From the NCBI GenBank assembly GCA_965655095.1, contig OZ296649.1, positions 112,468,001 through 112,532,000 on the forward strand: a DNA stretch of 64,000 nt, read 5' to 3'. The position numbers were made by a program, and so were the translations under genes. The notes beneath the pieces are model-generated. The model was not told the origin of the DNA. It saw only the letters and a list, made by a program, of their open reading frames with translations, and made no database searches. Positions 37,911-51,355 of the stretch are shown here, in pieces. Each line of letters starts with the position of its first letter. Within the stretch, counting starts at the first letter, position 1. Source of the stretch: Haplodiscus bocki (Eukaryota).

Positions 37911-40763
37911 CTATCCTCGACCATTCTCCTCCTCAACATCCGAGGTCTCTGTTCTTACTCCAAACAAGCGGAACTTCTTGACCTTTGTAATCTTGAATCT
38001 CTTGATCTAATTTTCCTAACAGAAACTTGGCTTACACCTGACTATCCTGACACGTCCATTACGCTCTTCGGAAACTTTGATGTTGTAGCAAGATCTGACA
38101 GACTAAATGGCCCTCACGGGGGCGTGGCTGTACTGAGTCGAAAAAATCTACCTCTTACCTTCGATTCATCACAATGTGATCGCCAGTTTGATTTCGGTCT
38201 CTATTTCACGATCGGGCGCTCAAACGACTCAGTGACTCTTTTCATTCTTCTCTGTCTTCCCCCGCTATCCAGCAATTACTCCATAACGACCTCAGATGTA
38301 GTCTCCTTCATATCAAAAGCTGTATCCTCCACTCTGACAAACTATCCAGTAGAACTTTTCGCCACTGAGATTATCCTACTCGGTGATTTTAATCTCCCAT
38401 TTACCGACTGGACCAAAATGTGTAGTACCTCGAAACGAGAAATGGCTCTGCTAGAAATCTTCACATCAATGGGACTTTTCGCGTTGATCACAGATGAGCC
38501 CACTCATTATCAAGGACACTCACTCGACAACATTCTAATCAACAATGAGTCCCCAAACTTGTCCCACTGCATACTTGATCAACATACTGCACTATCGGAT
38601 CATTTCGCAATCAAAATCACCCTTTACGTTAATCAAATGGTCTCTACTAACCCTAATAAGGTTATCTACTCCTTCAATAATGCAGCTGACATTCAGTCCT
38701 TCGAAAACTCGTGGGAAACTTTTCCTTTCCACTTGGACTCAGCATCTGAGATTGTTGATGCGTTTTACTCCCACATACAACTATCGATTCCACTGTGCTT
38801 CCCCAAAAAACGATCAAAGCGTATCCAACAGCCATTTTACTACAGCTCACACTCGATGCATTGCTTGAACAAAATGAATACACTCGTTCGTATCTGCTCC
38901 AAAAATCCGCGTGCCAATAATCTTGCCAAACTCAAGCGTGCCCGTGAGGATTTTGTACAGTCTGTTGAAATGGACAAAGTACTTTTTATTCAAGGATCGT
39001 CCACAACTTCACTCACTGATTGCTTTTCGCTCCTCAGAATACTCAAAGGATCGTCTTATCCCACTATAATGTACCTCAATAACAGCACACTGCAGACTGA
39101 AATTGACATTGCAAATGGTTTCAACTCCTTTTTCGCTGAAAACTTTAACGCTACCTCCTTCTCATATCTGCCATCAAATAGCGACAGCTCGATTAGGCTG
39201 GCTGACCTTAATCATAGCTTTCATCCAAACACCTTGCTCGAACTTCTCACTAAAGTGAAACCTTCTAGCAATCAAACATTTGACCAAATCCCGACTGCGC
39301 TACTACTGTCATGCCCATGTCTATTCGCGGAACTACTGTGTCTTATCTTCCATAGAATCATTGAATCCGGTAACTTTCCCAATATCTGGAAGGTTGCAAT
39401 TGTCATGCCACTACACAAGAAAGGTTCTATCAACTTCATCAAAAACTATCGTCCCATCAGTTTACTACCCAAAGTATCCCTTATCCTCGAAAGAATTTTA
39501 TTTACCTTTCTCTACTGCAAAACTTCCTCGAAGCTTCACCCGAAACAATTCGGATTCCAAGCCAAAAAAAGTGCCATCATTCAACTTGTTGACTTCCTCG
39601 AATGTGTCCACAGCCAGAAATGTTGCGATATATCTTATTCAATCCACCTTGATTATGAAAAAGCTTTCGACAAAGTTCCCCATAATGTTTTGCTCTCAAA
39701 ACTAGAAAAAATTGTTTTGGACAAAGACTTCATCAACTTCTTCCAAAGCTATTTGTACAATCGCTCTCAAGTGGTGAATATAGCAGGACACCTTTCAAAT
39801 GCTCTCCCAGTACCCAGCGGTGTACCCCAAGGATCAGTACTTGCTCCCCTGCTGTTTCTTATTTTTATTAACGACCTCCCTAGTATTTGCCTAGATTGCA
39901 TTCCTTGGGCATTCGCCGATGACTTGAAACTACTATTCTCATCCTTGAACTTTGCTGCTGATCTCACCCGCCTCAACTATTGGAATATTGCTAATGGCAT
40001 GTTGGTCAACGCCTCTAAAAGCAAATGTCTCTACTATCACGGCAAACAAAAGCTGCTGCTCTCAATCTCAGACGAACCTATTGAATGTGTCGCTCTACAT
40101 CAAGATCTTGGCCTTCATATCAATAATTCCTTGAGATGGAACAGTCACACATCACTGAAAATTTCGAAAGCACGGCGAAGTTTCTTCCTATTGAAAAGCA
40201 ACATCCCATGGAACACACCCTCCGAAGTGAAAATCAACCTATTGCGATCGATGGTATTCTCAATCATGTTGTACGGAATACCAGCGTTCCTGCCCAACTA
40301 GACCCAACTCAAGGAATTAGAAAACTTACAAAAACACTGCCGCAAATGGGCCCTGGGCTCATCACTACCTTATGAAGACTCCCTCAAAAAATATGCTATT
40401 CTCCCCGTCTGTTATTTCATCGAACTTCAAATCTTCACATTGTTTGCCAAAATGAAAAATGAATCCGTGAAATATGACGTCGAAGCCGTGTCTACAAAAC
40501 CAGCTACCTCTCTCCGACAATGCTCCATCAACCCTCTCTATTGCAAGACTCACAGTAAAGCGCATGAATCTACATTCTTCCCCCGAGCAGTAGCAATGTC
40601 AAACTATCTTTTGCGTCATAGAATCATAAACGGGTTCTTCGATAACGACATAAACTCAGTGAAACATTATCTACTTGAAAAACGGTTTAACATGAACTTA
40701 AGCTGTTCATTTTTTATTAACTGTTCTTGTACGATCTGTTGTGAATCAAGAAGCATCTCTTAA
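37911..40763 (+). CDS. LINE ORF2 (APE endonuclease + reverse transcriptase), one premature TAG at 40299-40301
   Basis: LLNIRGL, FLTETWL, GGVA, GDFN, SDH; NYRPISLLP, DYEKAFDKV, SGVPQGSVLAPLLF, FADD. The frame is open from 37911 and resumes in frame after the stop (ORF 40440..40763). Confidence 0.95.
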
Positions 40764-40838
40764 TAGTTGCTCTATTTAAGTTTTCTTGTTTTTATGTTAT
40801 ATACAATTTTGGTTTCTCTAAATGAGAATTAATAAGTC

Positions 40839-40842
<4 letters not shown>

Positions 40843-40907
<65 letters not shown>
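40843..40907. repeat. (CT)n microsatellite, probable LINE 3' tail
   Basis: Sits exactly at the LINE/Penelope junction. Confidence 0.9.
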
Positions 40908-40910
<3 letters not shown>

Positions 40911-41190
40911 GACCTGATGACATCATCTACATAGCCAAAATAAATCTTTGAATTGAATCCCAGTTCGTCATCATTATGGGCCAAAAAAATGTTAGCCAGT
41001 AGAGGAGCTACTGGCGATCCCATTGAGACTCCGTCTGTCGGTCGATAAAAGGCTCCATCCATGTCAGAAAAAAGGACATCAATGGACACCATCTCCAGTA
41101 ACGTTTTGAAGGTGTTTTCCAGCATTGGAGGTGGTTCCACAAAATCACTATCATACATTTTCTCTGTTGCTAATGTTATTGCGTTTCATT
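40906..41190 (-). mobile_element. Penelope-like element, upstream RT fragment
   Basis: FYRPTDGVSMGSPVAPLLANIF...YVDD. Confidence 0.85.
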
Positions 41191-42854
41191 AATTAATGCA
41201 CTTTCGGCAGTCGAAAAAAATTCTGACAAATGTTTTCTTACCCTTCAACGAAAAGAACAAGATGTCAACTAAAATCTCAAAAAGTGCCATTTAGGTCTTG
41301 CCTTAGTGAAAAGTCTCATTGAGTGCTAGCTCTCTCGGAAAACACTGCATATGGCTATTAGGGACTTGTTGCCATCGGTTATTTTTGAATTTCCAAGTTT
41401 TGGTTGAAATATGAAAAACATTTCGTTATCTTTGTCCTATAATTATTTCACAGATAATTTTTGATGGAAAATTTGCGAAAATAAATTATTCATGGCAAAT
41501 ATATATTTTGCATTTTTTTAATGGAAGTACTGGTCTAACACCCTCATCTCTGGACCATATAGGCATTACATTCAATTAAATTTTTTGAGGTATAAAATTT
41601 TCCATGAAATTTTTGTAAGATATGAAAAAATTGAAAGTTAGAACGAATTCTATTTACCTTACTGACGCTTTTAGGAACAGAATTGTGAAAAAAGATACTT
41701 GAAAAACAATTTTCATCATGTCAATACTCTAAACACTATTTCAATTAGTCAATACAGTCTCTCCCTCTGGTACTCTCACAACAATTTTCAAAAATCAGCT
41801 CGGGTGCAGTTTTCGATCTTCTGCATTAAAGGTACAGCTCCAGTTGGATTGACGAACTATAGCTTCAAGACACCTGAAATTATGAAAAACCTGGGCTCCT
41901 GATTGCATGCAAACAAGAGAACTGAAAAACCTTGGAATGTTTTCTTCTAGAACAGAATTTAACGGAAACAACAATTGTGACCAAGAAGAACGCATAAGTC
42001 TGTTACTTTGTACCATTTCTCAATTAGAGTTCTGTTTTTGGAAAGTAGGAAAAGGCAGTATAGAAATTCATTAAAAGTGTTCAACGAAAAGTGGTGTCCT
42101 AGATTTTCATTCCAAACAACCACATATACATAAACTCAATATCCTTCTCGTGTCTCTGTTGTTTGCACAAATACTGTCTGTGAATGTTGATAAATACGAT
42201 AAAAAGTAAATAAAAGGCCGAAAGTGATATTAATCTTGATATATCCCGATATTCAAATTCATCTTTCTCCATAACTGCGGCTTCATTTCTTCCATCAGGG
42301 TCTCAATTGAATACTTTGTTTTTCGTGGACTGCTAGATTTGAAAGGGTGATCTTCTTCTGTCCCCTGGAATCCTGACAGTGGGTTCCTTGCATCTCGGGG
42401 GCGGAAAATTAATAGCTTGCTCTCCACAACCACAAATGTGGAATGATGGACTTTCTGAAGCTCGTTCAATTAATACTATTTTTTGCGATGAATTTCTTGC
42501 GTCAATAATCAGAAAGCCTGTTGTTGTAAACAATTTTGTTTTCAGAGTATGTAAAGCAATGATGATGTAACAAAAATGATCAATGGCCTGGAGTCTGTGC
42601 AATTTGAGCCTAACTGTGTAAAAACCGGGCTCCTCATGCTATGGATGTCACATAAAAAGGTTATGTTTGGTTCCGTTTTCCTGTAGATTTTCGTAGGCAT
42701 GGCCTCGAATTATTTTGAATCGTAAAAAACGAGGTCATTCGCATTATAACCTTGAAGTAAAAGTGTTTGATGTCATTTATTAGAGGCGCGTCCCTTGCAC
42801 TTTTCCCTAGCAAAATTTGGTAAACAGTTCAGCAATTCCAACTTTTCAAGTTTA

Positions 42855-43220
42855 AGGTCCTGTCAGTTATTCCCCCTCCCCAGTCGAAGCTGTAACTACT
42901 GTTACCAATGTATAGTAGATATTCCTCACAAATCTGAAGAACTTTCCAAAAAGCTTACTGCTAGTTAAATTAAACAAGCAGCTTGTTCCAATAATTTTCA
43001 GTACATTATTGACGAAAACCTCAATAAACCGCTCAGCTATCATCAACTCCGGGAGGAAGGGTGGGGTAGGAAAATAATTGTTTTCTTTGCAGGGCTGTGA
43101 TTGCCCCGGATTTAAACGGGCTATTTAAAATTTTTAATATTCTTTACCTGGCCATGGTGCGCACGGTCCGAATAAATTTCAACCCAATTCTGTCTGCCGG
43201 GAGAATAACGGAAAAGGCCC
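42855..43220. mobile_element. MITE, older inverted copy of the family at 61457-61761
   Basis: Ends AGGTCCTGTCAGTTATTCCCC and GGGAGAATAACGGAAAAGGCCC; flanks CAAGTTTA/CAAATTTG (6/8). Confidence 0.7.
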
Positions 43221-43719
43221 CAAATTTGCATCCAAATAACATCTAGTGCCAGCTTGTAAATTAAAGTGTGGTTTGTTAAAACTTAATTCAAGGTGATAAT
43301 CTAGAAAGGCCGAAACTGTTCAAGGAGAACACAAATGACCAAATCGCCTGTTCTGTAGGGAAGAAAAATTGATAACCATCTCAAGTGCATACCTGATGAA
43401 AAAGGATACCTGAATATCATTTAAGGTCATCCAAAATGAAAACCTCGTTCGTTTACTCTTCTGACTAAGTAGAAGCAGATGTTACTTTTTGAGGGCAGCG
43501 TGGTGATGGTTGAGAACTTATCACCGAACGGGGTGACATTGAGAATAACATTAACCCCGACAATTATTAATTTTAGGCTCTCAAATGAATATTTCATCCA
43601 TCATCTAATATTACTACTAACGTTGGACTGTTCTTTTGCAAAGTGCACTGATCTCTGTCTATTACTAGTATTTGAGCCAAACGCGCAGAAAAATGATGAA
43701 ATAATTAATTGCAATATTT

Positions 43720-43876
43720 AATAATTACTCTTGCGCAGTCTTCGAATTCTTATTTCCGATCCCTTCACAAGTCGGACAAGTTCCTACTTGTCGAGGAAAA
43801 AGAGGGAGTGTCCTAGGCTCGAAGCCAGAACCTTTGGCGCTGCAGTCGCATGCTCTGATGACTGTACCTTTGCGGC
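43720..43876 (-). mobile_element. tRNA-derived SINE or tRNA pseudogene (Cys-like anticodon GCA)
   Basis: Minus strand has degenerate A box GGTACAGTCATCAGAGCA, loop CTGCAG and B-box-like GCTTCGAGCC; stems are poor. Confidence 0.55.
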
Positions 43877-44110
43877 TTGAGAATCGGAATTTTTATTCAA
43901 AATATCAAGGGAATGAAATATTATGGCGTTTCTTACTTGTTAATAAAATTATAGAATAATTGACTGAGTTTTTGTACACTTGTTATCAGCCGTCTTCGTC
44001 GTGTCGTGGCCATCTCAAAAATTAGTTATATTTAGTCGATTTGTTCAGAAGTTTTCCGTTGGCGCAATTATCAAATTATACAGTGATCTCTAAAAATCAA
44101 TAATTGAGTA

Positions 44111-47100
44111 CCCTTTATCGGTCATTGCTTTTTGTTCCATTTTATTTTCATTTCAACAGTATTAGCTAACTTTGTTTGCTGACTTCAGGCAAAAAATCTT
44201 GGAAAACTTTAAGAATTTCTTTTTTGAATGTATTATCCAAAACGTCCATGGTAATTGACAGAAATCTTCTGAGCTTTTTCAGCGCAGATTTTGTACCTCT
44301 AGACGAACAATTTGTCCACTGTATTGGACAAAATGATTCACAAACCGTAGCTGGAGAACGATTTGGGCGTCGAAAGTTTATTCTGAATGAAATACAGCAA
44401 AACAACTACGCTCCTTTTGCAAGCACAATTAAACTGCGCACTTTTTGCAGAACCGAAAAGTTTTGCGCTCGCAGTTGTTGCTGCATCTCTGGACTTTTTC
44501 ATCGTAGAGGGGTAGATGCTCAGCATTTCCGGTGCGTTGGTCTTTAGAGATAAAGTGGGGTTGACCTCGGCTTAGTCCGAAAATTTTTACCTCGGTGTTT
44601 TCATCACTCTGTAGAGGCCGCCCAACTTTAGTTGTAGTTGGATCCTGACCCATTAGTAATTGTTTTGCTAACACAGTCTTGAAGTATTACAAGGGCATGT
44701 ATTCATCACGCTTACTTCGGTAAACTAGCCAACTCTTTACGATTGTTTGATCCAAAAGCCTTGCGAAAATCCTGAAATACCAAACTTTATCGAAATGGAA
44801 TCGCAAATAAGCCAATAAGCATGTCACTCAAATCGACTCCTCCCATAAATCTGTTATACCACGAGACAATACTTGATTTCTCGATTTCTTGTTGTTTTTT
44901 CTCCTTTCTGCACCAACGCTTGCAAAGCTGATAATGGTTGGATACCGGTGAAATTTGATGCAAAAATCACAGGTTTTGTATCGAGCCATTGAATAAGGGC
45001 CAATTTCTCATACCTGTCGTAAAACACTTCATGAGATCCTCTGGGACGTCTCTCAAAAAGTTTTTTCCGTCATTTTGGTTTGTGCCTCCCTGAGGCGATT
45101 TCCTCTGAATGTGCAGACAAAGTTCAATCCTCGCTCATTCAGCTCCTTTAGCAATTCCATGCTAGAGAAAAGATTGTTAGTGAAAACAAACGTTCCTGGT
45201 GAGAGTTCTTTGGTCAACTTCAGCACAATTGCTGAGCATTTGTTGGTAACGTGACAGATCTTCAGCTGTTTTTTGCCTTGGTACAACTGCACTTTGTATG
45301 TATAGCCTGATGCCCCATATCTCGCCCAGTTTTTGAACCCATATATTTTGGCATATATTGCTTCAAACAAGTTGGAGCTTTCCTTCCTTTGTACAGAGTC
45401 ATTTGCTCGTCGATACATTGTTCTCTTTCGGAGTTGAGGACTGCTTTGTACCGATTGTTTAGATAATCCACAAGTGGTCTGATTTTTATGAAGATTGTCA
45501 AACCCCAAGATTTTTTTGTCGGGCATCAATGCCAAATCATTGAAATGTAAGGGACTTCTTGATTAATTTCATGTTATTTTTCCTGAAGTTTTCGACAACG
45601 TTCTGTTGACGTAAACCATACGACCAATAACTGTCTTTCAAACCCAGGTCCACATAAGCAGAGAATATGAGAAAACCTCTACATTTTGAAAGCAGGTCAG
45701 TGGTGTCTTGACCTGGCGTATCTTTTCGCAAATCGAAATTTGACTGCTCACCGATCTTGTTGTAAAGGTCCCGATCAGAAAACAGAAAGAAATTGTCCAG
45801 AGGAGTTAAGTTTTGTGAAACGTCATGAGTATCAAACCTTTCAAGTGTAGGTTTGTTCTGGTGCATGGCATTTGGCGGCAATGTCTTTCTGAACCCACAC
45901 TTCCCGAGACTGTTTCAAAGATCCCAGTGTTCAGAACTATGGGAATCAGTTTCTGAACTACTGTCCGAGCGAAATGAAGTTTGCTTGTTGTCCGCCTTAT
46001 CAGTTTGAATATCGTTCACAACAACTCTTCTTTTGAATTGTTTCCTGGCGTTTATTTGAGTTTCAAATGATCACATGGCATGTCAGTATTTTTCTTACTG
46101 GTTATTTTCTTGGTGGAACTCAAATTTCGACAATCAGTTTCACTTTTGATCAAAGCCACTTTATCGAAGTATCTTTTTCATTCTGGGGCGGTACATAATC
46201 AGGATCTTGGTTATCGTCATTTTATTAAGTTTCTCTCCGTTCATGTTCTTTTTCCTCTCCAGCTCATCTATCTGCTTTTAATTTTTTTATTATCATCCAG
46301 TCTATGTTTGGTGTGGTTTGAACAGGCTTATCTTTTAGCTCATGCGGTGTGCTGGGTAGAGCAGCTGGCTGGAGCGACTATCGCAATTCTGACAAATAAA
46401 TCCTCCTCCATAACCGGGCTTAAGAAACGAGCCACATGGCTCAAATGTGTGGCATGGACGTGAATAGACAACACACAAACGATCGGAATCCGCAAATGAA
46501 CATATGACACAAAAGTATCCTGCAGACTTTCATTTGATGCAATCGTATGAGAAAGTGTGCGCTGCAGTGTCGCAATTTGCAATTATGAATTTTGATCATG
46601 GGCTGCAATTTCCTTTGTTTCATTTTTGTTACATGTGACTGTTCCGATCCACTCTTTTCCTTTGCACTTTCTCTATTTGACCAGTTTCTTTGCCAGGTCT
46701 CGATGTTAAGTTTTCCTTAACAACTCTCCTTTTCAGAGAACTGGGTGTGGTCCATTGGATTTGTATTTCTTTGCCGTCAAAACTGATAATTCGTCCTTGC
46801 TAATCCAAATCATATTTCCACGGGAAAGTATCTCCGTTTGAGTAAGGGCTCAATATGTTTTTTTTGTACCTAATCAGACGTGCCGTTTTCCCATGTGATG
46901 AAGAATAAAGCGTCTGCCATTCAATTCTGAAATGAAAAAATTGGAAACGAAGGATGTCTTTATAATGTGATGAAGTCATAATAGAAATACTCATTTTTCT
47001 GCTGATTTTTGTCCAACTCAGTGGACAAATTGGTAAGTGCAGTGGAGGATTTTCAGATGAATTTTCGGTCGAGAAGTTTTGTCCATTGCAGTGGACACTG

Positions 47101-47430
47101 CGTTTCTCCACCGCGAGTTAAGATGGTTTTCGTTTTTATTCCTGGCATTGAATTTTAGCATTCGCTGAAAGAAATTCTTCGCTATTCAGTTGTTCAACTC
47201 CGATTATGTGAATTTCGGCTTTAATTTTGCGAGCTATTTGATTGGCTGTACGGAATTCATTCTAAATTTGTTACACGGTATGGTGACTCGAGAATGAAAA
47301 TGAATTTACAGCATCTGTGCAACAAACAATCCAATTTTTCGTCCACTTCGCAATTTATGTGATACGTTTTTGTGCTAAGAGAAATGTTGTTTTCGTTTGT
47401 CCATTGTAGTGGACGTTAGCCGATAAAGGC
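44111..47430 (-). mobile_element. piggyBac transposon, decayed
   Basis: Ends CCCTTTATCGG (44111) and CCGATAAAGGC+TTAA (47420-47434). Repeated subterminal palindrome TGTCCAxTGxAGTGGAC near 44312, 47010, 47080, 47398. Confidence 0.8.
44380..45900 (-). pseudogene. piggyBac DDD transposase with C-terminal Cys-rich domain
   Basis: KIRPL, IDEQM..YKGR..LKQYMP, VFTNNLFSS, YNRFMGGVD (~44850), RCSNNC..KT...CKKC...LC. Confidence 0.9.
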
Positions 47431-48182
47431 TTAAAGCGAATTGAAGTCGCGGCTTTCAATTTTTCGGGGCCTGTTTTCGTGGCCCCTTTTCGAATGCGAC
47501 TTCACTTCATATGCGGCCAGTCGGCCAAGAACTAACTGGTCCACCTCGCCGGAAATATCTCTGGGGTTGTATTGCTCCGCTTTGATTACGTCTATATTAC
47601 TATTTGTTGCCTTAAATGCGAATTATTTTTTGAATTTTTCTATAAAAATTTCCATTTGAAATTCAGTGACGGGATTCGATTTCTGGTTGCGGCTTTATTC
47701 ACGTGTAGCCTCTTTTCGACGACTTTTGGTGCACCTTGAATTCGAACGTGGCCTAAACTCGATCGCATCTACAAGTCTTTTAAATACGGTAATTGACTGT
47801 TCATTTTTCCGGACTTTGTTGATGGGAAAATTTACCCAAATGTGTCAAGAGTTTAATATTTGCTTTCTATATCGAAGCCGAAGGATTTGGGTATTACAGG
47901 GACATGCCTTGACTTTTTTCAGACAGTTTTAAATGCCAACTGATTGTCAAAATAGTAAAAGGCAATGGCAACTTGCACCCGGCGTGTTTACATGTATCGT
48001 TGAGATAATTGCTACGTTAGAGTTACCATGTATCGATTAATACTACAGGAGATTCGAGTAACTAAACTGAAACTAAGAATACTTGAATTTTATTATTTTG
48101 CGCCATATTCTTAGTAATATGAAAGCAAAATCTTCCTCTCAAATGGGCCATTTCCGACGTTCCTTTAACCGATGTTTACGAA

Positions 48183-48627
48183 TTGCGGTCACGCCACATC
48201 GGCAAGTTTGTTCACGCTACTGAACGTTAAATTATTTTTTGACCAAATTGTAGCAAATTCGCCGTAGAGTGGACTGAAATAATAAGATTTCTCAAAACGT
48301 TAGAAATTTGGTTCTTTTTTGAAAAAATAGATAGGTTTTTCGAGAAAAAAAACGGTTTTTCGAGAATTTTTTTTAAATCCTTAAAAGTGGTAAATTTGCT
48401 GTAGAATGCGTATCAAATGGGATTATTTCTTAAAAATGTCATTTTTACCCTAATTATGAGGTTTATTTTGCAAAAAGGCAGAAAACTTTGAACGTGGGAA
48501 AAAAATAGAAAATATGATGAAGAAAGAGTGTTTTTTCGAGAAAAAAAAACGTTTTCATCTTTTTAAAAGCTTTCTTTACAAAAATGGGAAGGCGCAAAAT
48601 ATGCCGCTGGTAGCCGGTCCTCTTGTT
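48183..48627 (-). mobile_element. Non-autonomous repeat, possibly Helentron-associated (HINE-like)
   Basis: Non-coding A/T-tract insert with AACAAG start on the minus strand and a GC-rich end motif, interrupting the BEL remnant. Class is a guess. Confidence 0.3.
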
Positions 48628-50244
48628 TTTCAAATACGTTTAATGAGGGATTTTTTAGTGTTGACATACATTTTTCAGTGGTCTGGTTCAAAATGGTGTT
48701 TTGTTAGGAACATACCTACCGCATTTGAAGAGGGAGGCGATTTTTTGATGAAACGTCTTCACATTGAAAACCTGATGTGTTCATTTTGGAACTATCTGAA
48801 GTGTGAGCAAAATGGAAAGAATTTTTGGATATCCTTTGCTTCGACATTGGAGCCCCGCCAGGAGATTATTTCTTGAAAACATCCCTTTGTCAATTTGCAT
48901 CATCATGAATTTTTTTCAGAGGAAATTAGAATGGCGTATTGTCATGGAATTAGTTCGATTGGGCCTCTCTTACTTTCTACTTTAATTTTTGCTGTTCAAG
49001 TGTTTTTTGGACATTCTGGCTAAAATGAAGAAGGCGAATTGTAATCGGCTTAAGATGTACAAGAAACCCTAGTTCCGAAGAGGGTAGCACTTTAGCCGTA
49101 TTTTTTTCTCACTGTCACTTCGAATCGCCACTAAATTTGTCAATTTGATATCATTAAAAATTTATATCATTGGAGTATCTGTCTAAACGACTTTTTAGAT
49201 ATTAATACAACGTGCATTCTTAGAATTTGCTTTGCAAACAGACTGGTTCTTACCTTTTTCATGGCTCGCAAAAATACCTGTTTGCATTATTGAGATTTTG
49301 CCTTAGTGTACTTCCTACTTATCAATTTAGACGAAAATCACGGAAGTTTGGAAATTTTGCCACCAAAGTGCTGTAAGTGAAAGGATGATATAGATGCATT
49401 GAAGCCATAATCCGAACGTTCCACGTTACCATGTTGTGGAGCAGGTTCTCTGCACTGCTTGATGTCCTTTTTAGTCAAATTTCCATAAACGTTAGCCTCG
49501 TTAACATGTCAGCCTCGTTAACATGTCTCAAAATATATTCTGAATATTCAGACCAATGAAATCTTCGTTTTATAAAATTGTGCTTGAGACAAGTTTCCCG
49601 TTACTAGAAATCTTTGTGTCTTGTCAAAAATTTTTGATAAATTCAAAATATTTTGCATTTCGGAATGTGAAGTTTTGATGTTGGTTGGCTGCTATGTGAC
49701 CTAGTTTAAGATAGTTGGCTTTAAGGTTTGGTGAGGTCTGACTTGTAATCACTCCGAGTGCAACTTTCACTGGGACAGATACCTTGAAATTCATAGAACA
49801 GGAATATTTGATACAATCGAAAAGCGGTGGAGAATGCTACTGGCCATGCATACTCGTTTTGAATGATCGGCGTGTTTGTTTCCATTTTTGAATGTTGATT
49901 TTCGATCTGTTCAGTAGCTGGTGGTTGAGACCGAGGTAGGCATGTGCGGTTCATTGAATTGAAATTGAAATTCAATTCTTTCAAGGGAATTGAATTGAAT
50001 TGATATGATTGGTTAGCATTGATTTTCAATTCAATTCGCTTGCTCGCGTCGTCGGATGATTAAAACTACTCTGGGGCAATTACGTAATAATCCAGGCAGC
50101 TGAATAAACTAGCTATGTAATATTCGCTAATAGGTTTTTGAATCGCTTGAAAATAAATATCTATATCTGTCAGCTGCGTGAATAAAAGAAGACATTTATA
50201 CGACTAATTTAAATGAGAGAATAAATGAAACCAAAATAAATCTA

Positions 50245-50443
50245 CCGTAAAACCTGTAATTGAAGGCCATGGCCTTCTATTTTTCAACCTCCTCGCTAGC
50301 GTGGCCTTCTATTACAGGGTGGCCTTCTATTTTTCAACCATCAATTTTCGGTATTTTTAGGTCTATAAAATTCGAATTTCATAACTACAGGGGTGGGGGT
50401 GGGGGTTGAAAATACAAGTGGCCTTCAATTACAGGTTTTACGG
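50245..50443. mobile_element. Tc1/mariner-pogo-type MITE nested in the hAT
   Basis: 25-bp perfect TIR CCGTAAAACCTGTAATTGAAGGCCA with TA duplication. Confidence 0.95.
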
Positions 50444-50469
50444 TACATTTGTCTCAATGATGTCAACTT

Positions 50470-51355
50470 ACACGAAAAGAAACTCGTTACTGCAATCGAA
50501 ACTAGATGGAATCCAGAATACCTGAAAGAAAAACGTTTATTTGAGAATCGGGAGCCTCTCATGTTGTCTCTTTCTCAATTGAAGAGTAACATTTTTCGAT
50601 CATCAGAAGAATAGGAGAAAATTTCACAGTTTCTCGCTATACTCAAGCCATTTTATGAGACGACAGTTATTTCGTCAGGGGAAAAATACGTCAGTCTGTC
50701 AACCATAATACCTCTTCTCCTTGGTCCCGAAAAAAACACTGAAAAGTTGAAAAAGCGCATGAAGAACGATGAAAACTTTGGTTATCTTTTTTGCCAAAGC
50801 TTGCTGAAAAGCCTACAAGAGCGCTTCCCAAGAAATTATAAAGATAGTAAATACCATTTACTTGCAATGCTTTTGGATCCGAGATTCAAAGACGTATTGG
50901 TTAAAAACGAATCTCAAAGAGCTCGAAAAGAACTGCTTAAGTTCATCAAGTCAGTTTCGATCACTAGAACGAGCTGTTCCTCTCATGAGCTCGATATTGA
51001 AACTTCCTTAGATGGCTCCGGTTCGGTTTGGGACGCTTTTGATGAGGCCTCTAAACGACAAGAAAACAAAAGTTCGGCTGATTATGACACCGATTTGACA
51101 TTGGAAATTGATGCTTATTTTTCGCAAACAATAACTGGAATGAGTAAGAATCCATTGGAATTTTGGAAATTGAACAAACTTTGCTTCCCCAAATTAGCTG
51201 AAGCCGCTCGAATTGTTTTGGCCATCCCCGCAACAGCTGCACCGAGTGAAAGGGTTTGGTCAGACGCCGGAAATATTGTCACAGACGCCAGACAGAATCT
51301 TTCACCAATGAATTTTCGGATGCTTCTTTTTTTGAAGGAGAATTTTAAAACATGA
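50470..51355 (+). pseudogene. C-terminal half of a hAT (Ac/ZBED-like) transposase
   Basis: ETRWN, LKPF, AMLLDPRFK, NPLEFWK...FPKLA..AR..LAIPATAAPSERVWS (dimerisation domain). Confidence 0.9.

Larger units (their letters stand above)
36017..40907 (+). mobile_element. Near full-length CR1/L2-group LINE with three ORFs, inserted into the Penelope RT
   Basis: ORF0, ORF1 and ORF2 with a (CT)n 3' end. TCAG on both sides (36013-36016, 40906-40909). Removing it restores Penelope YVDDVIRSL-ITGGKQILLDFVN. Confidence 0.9.

Noticed and set aside
43806-43876. Functional tRNA-Cys gene
   Set aside because: Acceptor and D stems and the A/B boxes are degenerate.
49494-49527. 17-bp tandem duplication AGCCTCGTTAACATGTC
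   Set aside because: Local slippage in decayed TE sequence with no sign of function.
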